Assembly (NCBI RefSeq): GCF_028368995.1
Contig: NZ_JAQNDL010000005.1
Coordinates: 288,001 to 352,000, forward strand
Length of the DNA: 64,000 bases
Direction: 5' to 3'
Origin: Nannocystis bainbridge
Lineage (GTDB): Bacteria; Myxococcota_A; Polyangia; Nannocystales; Nannocystaceae
A program made the position numbers and the translations under genes. Of the stretch, positions 48,725 to 57,329 are shown one piece after another. The notes under the pieces are model-generated. The model searched no databases. It worked only from the letters and a program-made list of their open reading frames with translations, and was not told the origin of the DNA. Positions within the stretch are counted from its first letter, which is position 1. Each line of letters begins with the position of its first letter.

Positions 48725-49379
48725 CAATGCGCAGAGTGCCAGGATCGCGCCAGCGACTGGAAGCCCACCGTTCGGGGAGACTCGGCGAATGATGGCAGCG
48801 CGCAGACCGCCGCACGTCCGGCGCACTGCGTAGTTGTAGGTACCGCGACCGGGGGCGCCGGCGCCGCCGAGACCGCTGTCGCGGCGTCAACCCGCCATTG
48901 CCATGTAATCAACGTTCAGGCCGGTCGTCGCACCGAGCTGAACGCGGGTCGGCGAAACGTCGTATTGCGGGGAATGCACCGACATCGGGGGTTCACCTCG
49001 CCGTCGAGCCCGCCGTTCTACCAGTTCTCGGCGTAGGAGTATTCCTGACAGGAGCCTGGTTGCGCGGCGGCACGATCTGCCGCTCGTCTCGGGCCTGTCG
49101 TCTCGATGTCGTCGCTACTTCGATGGATCTCGCGACGATCTTCCAAAGTTGGACGCGAGGATGGCCGTCGATCGGAGGTCAACGCCGTGCGCCGGGCTTC
49201 CACCCGTCCGGAAGCCACCACGCGGAAGGGGTGCACGTGCAGCCGATTCACGAGCCGGCGAATCAGCAGATACGCTGCATACGTCAGCAGGGTCAGGTTG
49301 GCCAGGTACGCCGCTGGCATGAAGACATAGACCAGCGACGAGTACCCACCCCACCGGATGTATGACCTCTTGTCTACCA

Positions 49380-49800
49380 CCTGCCAGGATCGTCCGCCGC
49401 ACACCATCGCCCGGGCGCCACGCCGGGCTCCGCCGGCACCCGAGCGCGCTGCAGGCGACCCCTCTCGCCGACATCTTCGCCTCCGGGTGCGCGGCCGCGT
49501 GGAAGCCGAGGCGCTCGCGCGTGTGCTCGACGTACTGGAGGCGCGGCGATGATCCCTACGTCGGTGCGGATCTTCGTCTGCACGCAGCCGGTCGACATGC
49601 GGCGCAGCTTCGATGGACTCGCCGCGGCGGCGAAGCAGGTGATCGGCGAAGACCCGCGGAGCGGCGCGCTGTTCGTATTCACGAACCGGCGCTCCAACCG
49701 CCTCAAGGTGCTGTGGTGGGACAAGAACGGCTACTGCCTGTCAGGCAAGCGGCTGCATCAGGCGTTATTCCGGCTCCCGTCCGCGAATGACCCTTCCGAC
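49380..49800 (+). mobile_element. tnpB: IS66 family remnant: tnpA 3' end plus truncated tnpB, no tnpC
   Basis: 49549.. MIPTSVRIFVC..PVDMRRSFDGL...DPRSGALFVF.NRR..RLKVLWWD.NG...KRL. ATGA-coupled to ...EALARVLDVLEARR*. Homology appears to end near 49800. Confidence 0.88.
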
Positions 49801-49829
49801 AGGAAGATGCTCGCCGATCGTCTCTGGCC

Positions 49830-50393
49830 TTACTCGGGCAATTCAGGCCTTCTACGGAAGCGCCGTTCGACCGCACCGAGCCAAACAATATAAACCATGA
49901 TAATACCGATGCCCCAGAATGGGCCCGTGGCAAATACAACAAGAGCGCCGAGCGACAACTCTAGGGTGAGCCGTGCGGCTCCTCCGAGGTTCCCGAAATG
50001 GTGGCGGAAGAAGGCTTGTTGGAACTCCTCGGTAGCGCAGAAGCCAAGAGGTTGATCAGGGCCAGCCTGAACCAAGGCCGCGGACTGGGCGGGTGTGGAC
50101 TGGGCAGGTACGGATTGGGCGGGTAATCGCGCCGATCGCCGTTGGATGCGGTCGCGCATGCGCCGCTCGATTACACCAGCAAGAGGAAGCAGTAATAGAC
50201 TATACACCCATATTTGCCACGTCGATAAACCGAACAAGCTATCCAAGAGCGCGAGCGGGATGAAGGCCAAAGCCATTGCCCCAATACCCAGCGGTGTGCG
50301 AATCGCTATGTTCCAGAATTCGCGCGTTGGCCAGAAACCCAAGTACTGGGCGGGGAAGGGCCGCTTCCCGTAGATTTCCATGTACTCCTTCAT
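49830..50393 (-). CDS. Membrane protein with two tandem LGF..T..F / G..ER..R domains, putative immunity protein
   Basis: Two 2-TM halves joined by a (PAQSx)3 linker. ATG overlaps the upstream stop. Lower GC. Confidence 0.7.
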   Translation of the reverse strand: MKEYMEIYGKRPFPAQYLGFWPTREFWNIAIRTPLGIGAMALAFIPLALLDSLFGLSTWQIWVYSLLLLPLAGVIERRMRDRIQRRSARLPAQSVPAQSTPAQSAALVQAGPDQPLGFCATEEFQQAFFRHHFGNLGGAARLTLELSLGALVVFATGPFWGIGIIMVYIVWLGAVERRFRRRPELPE

Positions 50394-50962
50394 TTCTTGT
50401 CCCTCTTGTTCTGGGCCTTATCACATTTGTTCTTCACATAGGCACCAGCGGCGAGCCCGGTTGTTGCGCCGCAGGGACCACAACCGGTCACCGTAACAAT
50501 GCCGACCGTGGCGGCCGCAAATGCTCCAGCTAACCAGCATTTCCATCGCGCTTCGTCCTCACCGAGGCCCGCTAGCTCAAGCCCTTCATCCAACCAGATC
50601 TGCACGATGCTGGCGGCGATCCGGGCGACCCGCTTCGGAGATAGGGATGTAGACGAGTGACCGAACTCGCCCACGAACTCCCAATCGACGAACCGAAGGT
50701 CGACGATCGGAACGCGCTCGACAACAAATGTGGCCGTGCCGCTCCCGCTAGCATCGATGCGCAAAGCAATGCTCAGCGGGCCGACGTCCGGCAGGACATA
50801 GTCGATCTGACCGGCGATTCCGTCCGTGAAGTTGAATGAGGCGGTGAGGTTCCGAACGTGGCTTGGCGCCGTTAGTACTTCAGCGAAGGTCGCCTCGACC
50901 TCATCGCAAGCGGATACCGGGCCGGGTAAGGAGAGGGAGAGGATGAGGGCGATGGCGTGCAT
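50390..50962 (-). CDS. Exported (possibly lipo-) protein with a C-terminal Cys-bridged Gly/Ala-rich cationic hairpin, putative toxin precursor
   Basis: Hydrophobic N-terminus ending VSAC. C-terminus RWKCWLAGAFAAATVGIVTVTGCGPCGATTGLAAGAYVKNKCDKAQNKRDKK. Lower GC. Confidence 0.65.
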   Translation of the reverse strand: MHAIALILSLSLPGPVSACDEVEATFAEVLTAPSHVRNLTASFNFTDGIAGQIDYVLPDVGPLSIALRIDASGSGTATFVVERVPIVDLRFVDWEFVGEFGHSSTSLSPKRVARIAASIVQIWLDEGLELAGLGEDEARWKCWLAGAFAAATVGIVTVTGCGPCGATTGLAAGAYVKNKCDKAQNKRDKK

Positions 50963-51278
50963 GAGCGTCCTGGGATGCTGGATGAGGCTCAGAGATCTGC
51001 AAGGTGAAGGGCAGACTTTCTCGAACCCGTCGCTAGCCGCCGATTCCGCGTAATCCCGGGCGCCGGCGATGACGCCGCCGATGCCACCTCACTTAGCCGC
51101 TAGGTGCGGCGACCTCGGCAGCGCGGTTGGCGAGTCTAGCGAGCGAGCAGCAACAACTCCGCCATGGCGAACAGTCGCCGCGCCCGACTCGACTCGCTAC
51201 CTCCGTCGACGGCATCGACCGGCGCTCATGGATGACTACCGCTGCCCGGCCGACAAAAGCACCGGGTCGAGGAGTCGA

Positions 51279-51460
51279 CTACGGGTAGAAGAAGCATTCT
51301 TGACCCTGGTAGTTGCCCGAGCAAATGCTGTTGCATTGACTTCTAGCACTAACATGGGCGTCCGAGCAACTGCTGCCTACACCGTTAGCGGTGCGAGGAA
51401 CTGGATCAGCACCGCACCAGCACCAACCCCAGGCAGTGTAGTAAGAAAGGGGCAAATCAC
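51279..51460 (-). pseudogene. Low-GC remnant encoding a 6-Cys peptide C-terminus
   Basis: ...YYTAWGWCWCGADPVPRTANGVGSSCSDAHVSARSQCNSICSGNYQGQECFFYP*. Composition switches to high GC at about 51460. Confidence 0.45.
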
Positions 51461-51483
51461 CGCCGCGTGCGGCATCATCCAGC

Positions 51484-52217
51484 GTGCCGGCCTCCCCCTC
51501 TGCGGCGTCGGCCGGACTGGCCGCATGGGACGTCGCGGCCCGCCACCTCGTCGACGACGACCCGGCGGCGGCGGCGGCTGTCCTTTCGGACATGCCCGCG
51601 ACCACGGCGCGCGAGCACGCGATCCGGCTGGTCATCCTCGAGCGCCTCGGCGACCTCGCGGGGCTCGAGCGAGCCGCCGGGCCCGCCGCAGCGGTCTTGC
51701 TCGACCCGGCGGCGCGGGCCGACCTCGCCGTCCTCGTGCGCACCCGCCCGCTCGTCGCGGCCGCCCTGGTCGGCGCCTGCGCGCCGCTGCTGCCCGCGCT
51801 GGTCGACGTGTGGTCCGGGCTGCGCGCTCACCTCGGCGACGGTGAGGTCCGCCGGGCCGCGCTCGCCGGGCTGCACGCGCTCGCCCCGGCGGCCCCGACC
51901 GGCCCCGAAGACCACGCGGCGCTGGCCCGGTTGCTGGCGCTGCGCGGGCTGCTGGCGGCCTCCGAGGGCCGGAGCGCCCCGGCGATCCGCGACCTCGAGG
52001 CGGCGCTCGAGCGGGTCAGCCCGGACCTCGACGAGGACGAGGAGCTCGCCGAGATCCACGCGCCACGCTCGCGCGCCTGCTGGCCCCGGAGTCGCCGGCG
52101 CAGGCCCGGGTGCACGCGCAGGCTGCCATTCGCCGCAGCGTCACGCCCGAGCGGACCCGCGAGCGCATGCTCGCAGAGCCGGCGCTCGCGGGCTTGCTTG
52201 CCGACGACGCGCCGTGA
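51484..52217 (+). pseudogene. 5'-truncated, frameshifted helical/TPR-like gene fragment
   Basis: Typical-codon frame ...EELAEIH shifts at about 52060 (extra GC) to ATLARLLAPESPAQARVHA...LLADDAP* (TGA 52215-17). No convincing start. Confidence 0.6.
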
Positions 52218-52316
52218 AGCCGGGACCTGGCCTCATTCATCCCGCCGACACCTCCCGGGTTGTGTGGCACGCTCCGGCGAGGCGCCGGCAGATCCGGCCG
52301 CCGATCGGAGGACACG

Positions 52317-52976
52317 ATGATCACGCTCTATGGTTTCGGACGCATCTTCCCCGAGGGGCACGGCGAGACGAAGGACCTGCGGGCCCAGTGGGCGCTCGAG
52401 GAGACCGGGCTGCCGTATCGAGTCCACGCGCTCGACCACACCGCCGGTGAGCTCGACGGCGAGGCCTTCAGCCGGATCAGCCCCTTTCATCAAGCCCCGG
52501 TGATCGACGACGACGGCTTCATCGTCGCCGAGTCGGCGGCGGTGGTGCTCTACCTGGCCGAGAAGGCCGGCAAGCTGATCCCGGGCGATTTCCAGGGCCG
52601 CACCCGCGTCGTCCAGTGGTGCTTCGCCGCGACCAGCACCGTCGAGCAGACCCTGGTGTGCCTCGATCTGATCGGCATGTTCGACCACGACAAGGCCGCC
52701 CACAAGGTCACCGCGGAGGTGCGCAAGATCGCCGACCGCTGGCTCCGCGACGTCGAGCGCCGCCTCGAAGGCCGCGAGTGGATCGCCTGCGACGCGTTCA
52801 CGGCCGCCGACATCATGCTGGCCTCCGTCCTGCGCGGCGTCCGGAAGACCGACCTGCTGGCGCCGTATCCACGGACCCAGGCCTACTACGCGCGGGCCAT
52901 GGCCCGCCCGGCCTGGCAGCGCACCCTCGGCCTCTACGCCGAGCGACTCGGCGCGAACCTCGACGACATCCGCTGA
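52317..52976 (+). CDS. Glutathione S-transferase family protein
   Basis: R.QWALEE.GLPY, SPF.Q.P...DD....ESAA...YLAE, FTAADI. GGAGG RBS. Confidence 0.92.
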   Translation: MITLYGFGRIFPEGHGETKDLRAQWALEETGLPYRVHALDHTAGELDGEAFSRISPFHQAPVIDDDGFIVAESAAVVLYLAEKAGKLIPGDFQGRTRVVQWCFAATSTVEQTLVCLDLIGMFDHDKAAHKVTAEVRKIADRWLRDVERRLEGREWIACDAFTAADIMLASVLRGVRKTDLLAPYPRTQAYYARAMARPAWQRTLGLYAERLGANLDDIR

Positions 52977-53131
52977 CAGGTCGCCCGGGCGCGGACGATC
53001 CCGCTTTCCCCGCGTACCCACAGTTGCTTCACCACGGCGAAGCTGGCCTCGCCGCCCCGATCGACTTCGCCGTTGTCAGCCGCAATCTCGCGCCCGACCC
53101 GCGGCTCGGCTGAGCCGAGCCCGCCGCCGCG

Positions 53132-53752
53132 TCATTCGGCGTGGAAGATCACCCGCTCGAACGTATCCGACCCGTTGAGATTCTCGTTCGCGCCGCAGCG
53201 ATAGCCGGTCCCGATCTCGTCGCCGAGGGTGTGCCAGCACAGGCGCAGGCTCGAGTTGTCCTCCGGGCCCCCGAATTGCGTGTCGCACTCGGTGCGATTC
53301 ACGCTGTCGCCCGCGCGCGCGAAGCCCCACGAAAAATTGTCGCTGAAGTACCAGGCGACCCCGTTGGCCTCGTGCTTGCCGTCGCCCTGGCTGCCGACGT
53401 CGAACAGCACGTCGGCCCGCTCGCCCATCGCCAGCAGCTGGAAATCGTCCGCGCCGACGGGGCGGCACGCCATGAGCAGCTTGGAGCCGGTACACGCCTC
53501 GCCGAGGATCTCGTCGGTGAGGTCGGGCTCGACCTCGTCGTAGAGATTCGCGAAGCACTCTTCCCAGCCGACGAGGTCGCCCGCAGGCACGTCCTGCTGC
53601 GGTCCCTCGGCCCAGTACAGCTTGTCGTGGTGACCGTCGTCGTCGTCGTCGTCGTCATCATCGCGGTCCGGCACGTCGACCTCGCAATCACAGTCTTGGA
53701 CGTACGGAATTGTGCATAACAAGCTGCTGAGCACGATCGTGGTGTAGTGCAT
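53132..53752 (-). CDS. Secreted protein with poly-Asp tract and a Cys/Trp-rich domain
   Basis: Hydrophobic N-terminus, D9 tract, GPQQ.V...GW.EC, KLLMACR, ANGV.WYF, SWGF, RLCWH, GYRCG. Confidence 0.75.
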   Translation of the reverse strand: MHYTTIVLSSLLCTIPYVQDCDCEVDVPDRDDDDDDDDDGHHDKLYWAEGPQQDVPAGDLVGWEECFANLYDEVEPDLTDEILGEACTGSKLLMACRPVGADDFQLLAMGERADVLFDVGSQGDGKHEANGVAWYFSDNFSWGFARAGDSVNRTECDTQFGGPEDNSSLRLCWHTLGDEIGTGYRCGANENLNGSDTFERVIFHAE

Positions 53753-54142
53753 CGAAATCCTCCCTCGGCGATATCCCGCTCGAACTGCCTCGAAGATGCG
53801 ACAGGTCGCAGGGGTAGCAACCATGCAGATTGACGCCGCTCACGGTCCGCCGCAGCGACGCGAGCACGCCGGGCACACAGCGTTCCGTGGATCCGTCGAG
53901 CTGCTCCCGGCGCGTGGGAACGCTCCAGCCCGCTCTTGCCCGCGACCTCAGGGCCACGTGCGCCGGCCACTTGTCAGCGATCGACGCCGCCCGGGGACAG
54001 GCACACGCGCGGCGATCACTCTCATTCTGTTCAGTAGATGCAGACGGAGCCGGCTCGCTCGGTCGAAACTCAAGCGCCCCTCTTCACGGACGAACGCCTC
54101 GCCAGCGTCGCAGCGACCGGGCTCGCGCTATAAGAAGCGACG

Positions 54143-54604
54143 ATGAGCGACCCGCTGCGAATCCCCGTGCGCGCCCCGAACGGGCTCCTGTGGGTGAACG
54201 TCTTTCTCCAGCCCGCGGTGATGCTCCTCTGCCTCTGGCTCGCGATGACCGCGACGACCGACAGCGCGCGAACCCTCATGTGGCAGCTCGTGGCGCTCTC
54301 GACGGCCGGCTTCGTCGGCGCCGCGTGGCTGCTCGCGCGCCGCCGGCGTTCGGAACACGCGATCGTGATCGACGACCGCGCCCTCACGATCCCCGGCGTG
54401 CTCGGCGGCGCGACCGAGGTCGTCCTCGCGTCGATCGAGAGCGCGAGGCTCGAGGTGACCCGCTCCGCGACCGAGACGCTCTCCGTGCTCCGCCTGGAGG
54501 CGAAGAATCGGCCGCCGGTCCTGGTCTCGAGCCGGCTCGTCGGCGCCCAGGCCGTGCAAGCGACCGCCGACTCGCTGCGGGCGCGCGGTGTGCCGGTCGC
54601 CTGA
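54143..54604 (+). CDS. Hypothetical 2-TM membrane protein
   Basis: Two TM segments plus a PH-like tail. Confidence 0.6.
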   Translation: MSDPLRIPVRAPNGLLWVNVFLQPAVMLLCLWLAMTATTDSARTLMWQLVALSTAGFVGAAWLLARRRRSEHAIVIDDRALTIPGVLGGATEVVLASIESARLEVTRSATETLSVLRLEAKNRPPVLVSSRLVGAQAVQATADSLRARGVPVA

Positions 54605-54686
54605 CCGCGAGCACCGGCCGATCCTCCGTCGTGCTCGCCACGGCCTCGCTGCCGCGGCCGCCGAATGCACCCTGACCGCCCCGGGC

Positions 54687-55709
54687 TCAGGGGCAGCTCG
54701 CGGGCGATTCGACGTACAGCTGGCCCAGCTCCGTCAGTTGCCCCGACCCGGCGAGCAGGTCGATCGTCGGCGCCGGGTCGAAGCGGCCGCTGAACCACGA
54801 GTAGCGGGCCACCGCCGGCTCGGCCTCGAGGTATTCGAGCGCCTCCTGCATGTATTGCAGCTGCACCGCGACCGACTTGTCCTCCGCGTCGAGGCAGGAG
54901 AACTCGGTCAGCCAGATCGGCCGCTCGTAGCGCTTCATCTCGCCGATGTACCATTCGAGCGCGGGGCGGTCGCAGGCGTACCAGTGGACCGCGAGGTGGT
55001 CGACGCGGCAATCGGGGCAGGCGGCGAAGAACTCGTCGAACCACTCGAACGGGTCGGTCTTGTTGCAATCGCCGCCGCAGTAGTTGACCGCCGGCGACAC
55101 GATCTCGAGCCCGTGCGCGTCGGCGACCGCCTCGACCTGCGGCCACAGCGCGGCCGCCTCCTGCGGCGTCAGGTTGGCCTGGGCGCCGAAATTGGGCTCG
55201 TTGAACGCCAGCAGGTAGCGCGCCCCGGCCGGGATCGGCGGGTCCTGATCGAGCGAGGCCCCGCCCCACAGCATCGGCACGAACTCGACGTCGAGCGAAA
55301 CGTAATCGCCGACCTCCTGATCGGGCGGGACCGTCCAGTTGTACCACCACGACACCCCGGGCGCGAGCGCGGCCATGTCCGCGTGCGAATGATAGCCGTA
55401 CGCGATCCCCCGCTTGCAGCCCGAGCGATCGACGCCGCCCGAATCATCCGTGCTGCTGCCCTCGCTGGTCGGCCCGTCGCCGCTGGTCGGCCCGTCGCCG
55501 CTCGTCGGCCCGTCGCCGCTCGTCGGCCCGTCGCCGCTCGTCGGTCCGGTGGACGGCCCCCCGCTGCCCGTCGGCGTCGTCGTCTCGCCCCCGCTCGTCG
55601 GGCCCGCGGTCGTCGACCCGGCCTCGCTCGAGTTTCCGCCGTCGTCACCACAGCCGGCCGCCAGCGCCAGCATCAGCCACCATTGTCCGCGCATCATCAT
55701 ACCTCGCAT
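54687..55709 (-). CDS. GH128 (Glyco_hydro_cc) beta-1,3-glucanase lipoprotein
   Basis: AAGC lipobox, GPTSGD repeats, KRG, SWWYNW, FVPMLWG, LLAFNEP, AVHWY, PIWLTEF, RYSWF. Confidence 0.88.
   Translation of the reverse strand: MRGMMMRGQWWLMLALAAGCGDDGGNSSEAGSTTAGPTSGGETTTPTGSGGPSTGPTSGDGPTSGDGPTSGDGPTSGDGPTSEGSSTDDSGGVDRSGCKRGIAYGYHSHADMAALAPGVSWWYNWTVPPDQEVGDYVSLDVEFVPMLWGGASLDQDPPIPAGARYLLAFNEPNFGAQANLTPQEAAALWPQVEAVADAHGLEIVSPAVNYCGGDCNKTDPFEWFDEFFAACPDCRVDHLAVHWYACDRPALEWYIGEMKRYERPIWLTEFSCLDAEDKSVAVQLQYMQEALEYLEAEPAVARYSWFSGRFDPAPTIDLLAGSGQLTELGQLYVESPASCP
55464..55545. repeat. 18-bp coding tandem repeat (GPTSGD) in the GH128 linker
   Basis: (CTSGTCGGCCCGTCGCCG)n, about 4.5 copies. Confidence 0.85.
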
Positions 55710-55714
55710 CTTTC

Positions 55715-57097
55715 TCAGTTCGGCAGCCGCAGCCCGAGCGCCTCGCCGATCGTCGCCTGCGACACCGCCCCCGGCAACCCCGGCAACAGCGGCGCGAGCG
55801 CGGGCGGGACCTGCTCCGGGTGCACGATCGCCAATTGCACAGTGCGCGACGCCGTGTCCATCAGCACGATGAAATAGCGGTACCCGTCGATCGGCCGGCG
55901 GAACGCCACGCCGGGGCCCTGATTCGGGGTCGCCACCGCGCCCGCGGCCGCCTCGACGTTCTCGCCCTTGTCGATCAGGTCGACCTCCGGCCCCAACTGC
56001 GAGGCGTCGCACCCGTCGCCGCACGGCCCCTCGCCGACGTAGCCGGCGTAGCCGAAGAAGTTGGTGCTGAACACGCCGAAGTTCTGGTACTGGTTGTTGT
56101 CGTTGACGACCTCCCACACGTTGAATTGGCCGCACCCGTCGCCGAGGTACCATTCATCGGGGTTCTTGGCGTAACACTGGCAATTCGAGAACGAGCCCGC
56201 GCGCACCAGCTCGCCCAGGCTGAGGCCGATCCACGGCGCGTTGTACCAATTGCCGGCCATGTCGTCCGAGCACGGCTCGCCGACCGCGTCGGCGTCGGGC
56301 ATGCGCGCCAGCAGCACGAACAGCTTCGAGCCGGCCCAGCCGTCCCAGTCGCCATCCTGCGAGCCCGGGCAGAACGGCTCGCTGCCCGCCCCGCAGGCGA
56401 ACGGCGTCGCGGTCGAGACATTGACGAGACACTCGGTGCCGACGATCCCGTCGAACCCCGTCATCTCGGTCTCGTTGCCCTTGAACGCGACGCCCTGCCC
56501 GTCGCCCGGCCGGCGCTCGTCCCAGCTCGAGGCCAGCGCCCACTGATCGGCACCCTCCGGCTGGTACACCGCGAATTGCTTGAGCTGCAGCGGCCCGCGC
56601 AAGGTGAGGATCAGGTCCTCGTCCCACGGTGTCAGCCCGTCGCCGTCGACCTGCTGCTGCGCCAGGCAGCAAGTGTCGCTCTGATACGCGTCGCACGGCC
56701 CCACCGCTGGATCGCGCCGGCTCGGATACCAGCCCGGTGCGCCGATCTGCTGGAAGGTGATCGTGCCGCCGTGCGACGGCGCGTCGAGCTCGTCGGTGTC
56801 GAACTCGGCCGGCCCCAGGCCATCACCGCCCCCGGTCGGGTCATTGCCAGCGTCGGGCTTGGGCCCCCCGCTCGAGTCGCTGCCGGTGGGGTCCGCTCCA
56901 CCCGTCGGATCGACGCTGCCCGAGGTACTGGTGGGGGGCTCGCCACCCGTCGAAGGCCCGGCGCCGGTCGGCCCGTCACTCGTGGGCCCCGCGCCCGTCG
57001 GCCCTGCCCCGTCCGTCGGCTGCTCCGCGCCGCCCGGGGTGCAGGCGACCATCCATGCCAGCGCGACCGAAGCGTGAATCGACCCTGTCCGCCGCAT
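55715..57097 (-). CDS. Tos1/YJL171C-like (DUF2403+DUF2401) glucan-active lipoprotein
   Basis: MVAC lipobox, LTPWDEDL..RGPLQLKQFAVY, GW.GSKLFV..MP, CQCY...GCGQFNVWEV, FRRP..G. Confidence 0.75.
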   Translation of the reverse strand: MRRTGSIHASVALAWMVACTPGGAEQPTDGAGPTGAGPTSDGPTGAGPSTGGEPPTSTSGSVDPTGGADPTGSDSSGGPKPDAGNDPTGGGDGLGPAEFDTDELDAPSHGGTITFQQIGAPGWYPSRRDPAVGPCDAYQSDTCCLAQQQVDGDGLTPWDEDLILTLRGPLQLKQFAVYQPEGADQWALASSWDERRPGDGQGVAFKGNETEMTGFDGIVGTECLVNVSTATPFACGAGSEPFCPGSQDGDWDGWAGSKLFVLLARMPDADAVGEPCSDDMAGNWYNAPWIGLSLGELVRAGSFSNCQCYAKNPDEWYLGDGCGQFNVWEVVNDNNQYQNFGVFSTNFFGYAGYVGEGPCGDGCDASQLGPEVDLIDKGENVEAAAGAVATPNQGPGVAFRRPIDGYRYFIVLMDTASRTVQLAIVHPEQVPPALAPLLPGLPGAVSQATIGEALGLRLPN

Positions 57098-57329
57098 CCT
57101 CGACCTCCCGAAGCCGGGTGACTCTACCGCGACCCCGACCGGCGAAGCCATCGCAATCGTCCGAGCGCGCGAATGTAGCCACCACGCAGCACGCATGATG
57201 CAGCGCCCGTGTCCCCGCTTGCCGAGGCTACCGACCGCCGCGCCGGCATGGGCCGCCGCCCGACAGGGGTTCCATGACCCGGGCCCGCGGCCAATGGCAC
57301 CACTGCCGCAGTGCCACGATTCACGACGA

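Noticed and set aside
49549-49893. Intact 114-aa IS66 TnpB or an active IS66
   Set aside because: The C-terminal part reads into the antisense of the neighbouring gene. There is no tnpC and no terminal inverted repeats were seen.
50083-50125. 15-bp PAQSx repeat as a regulatory element
   Set aside because: It is in frame and explained as the linker between the two duplicated membrane domains.
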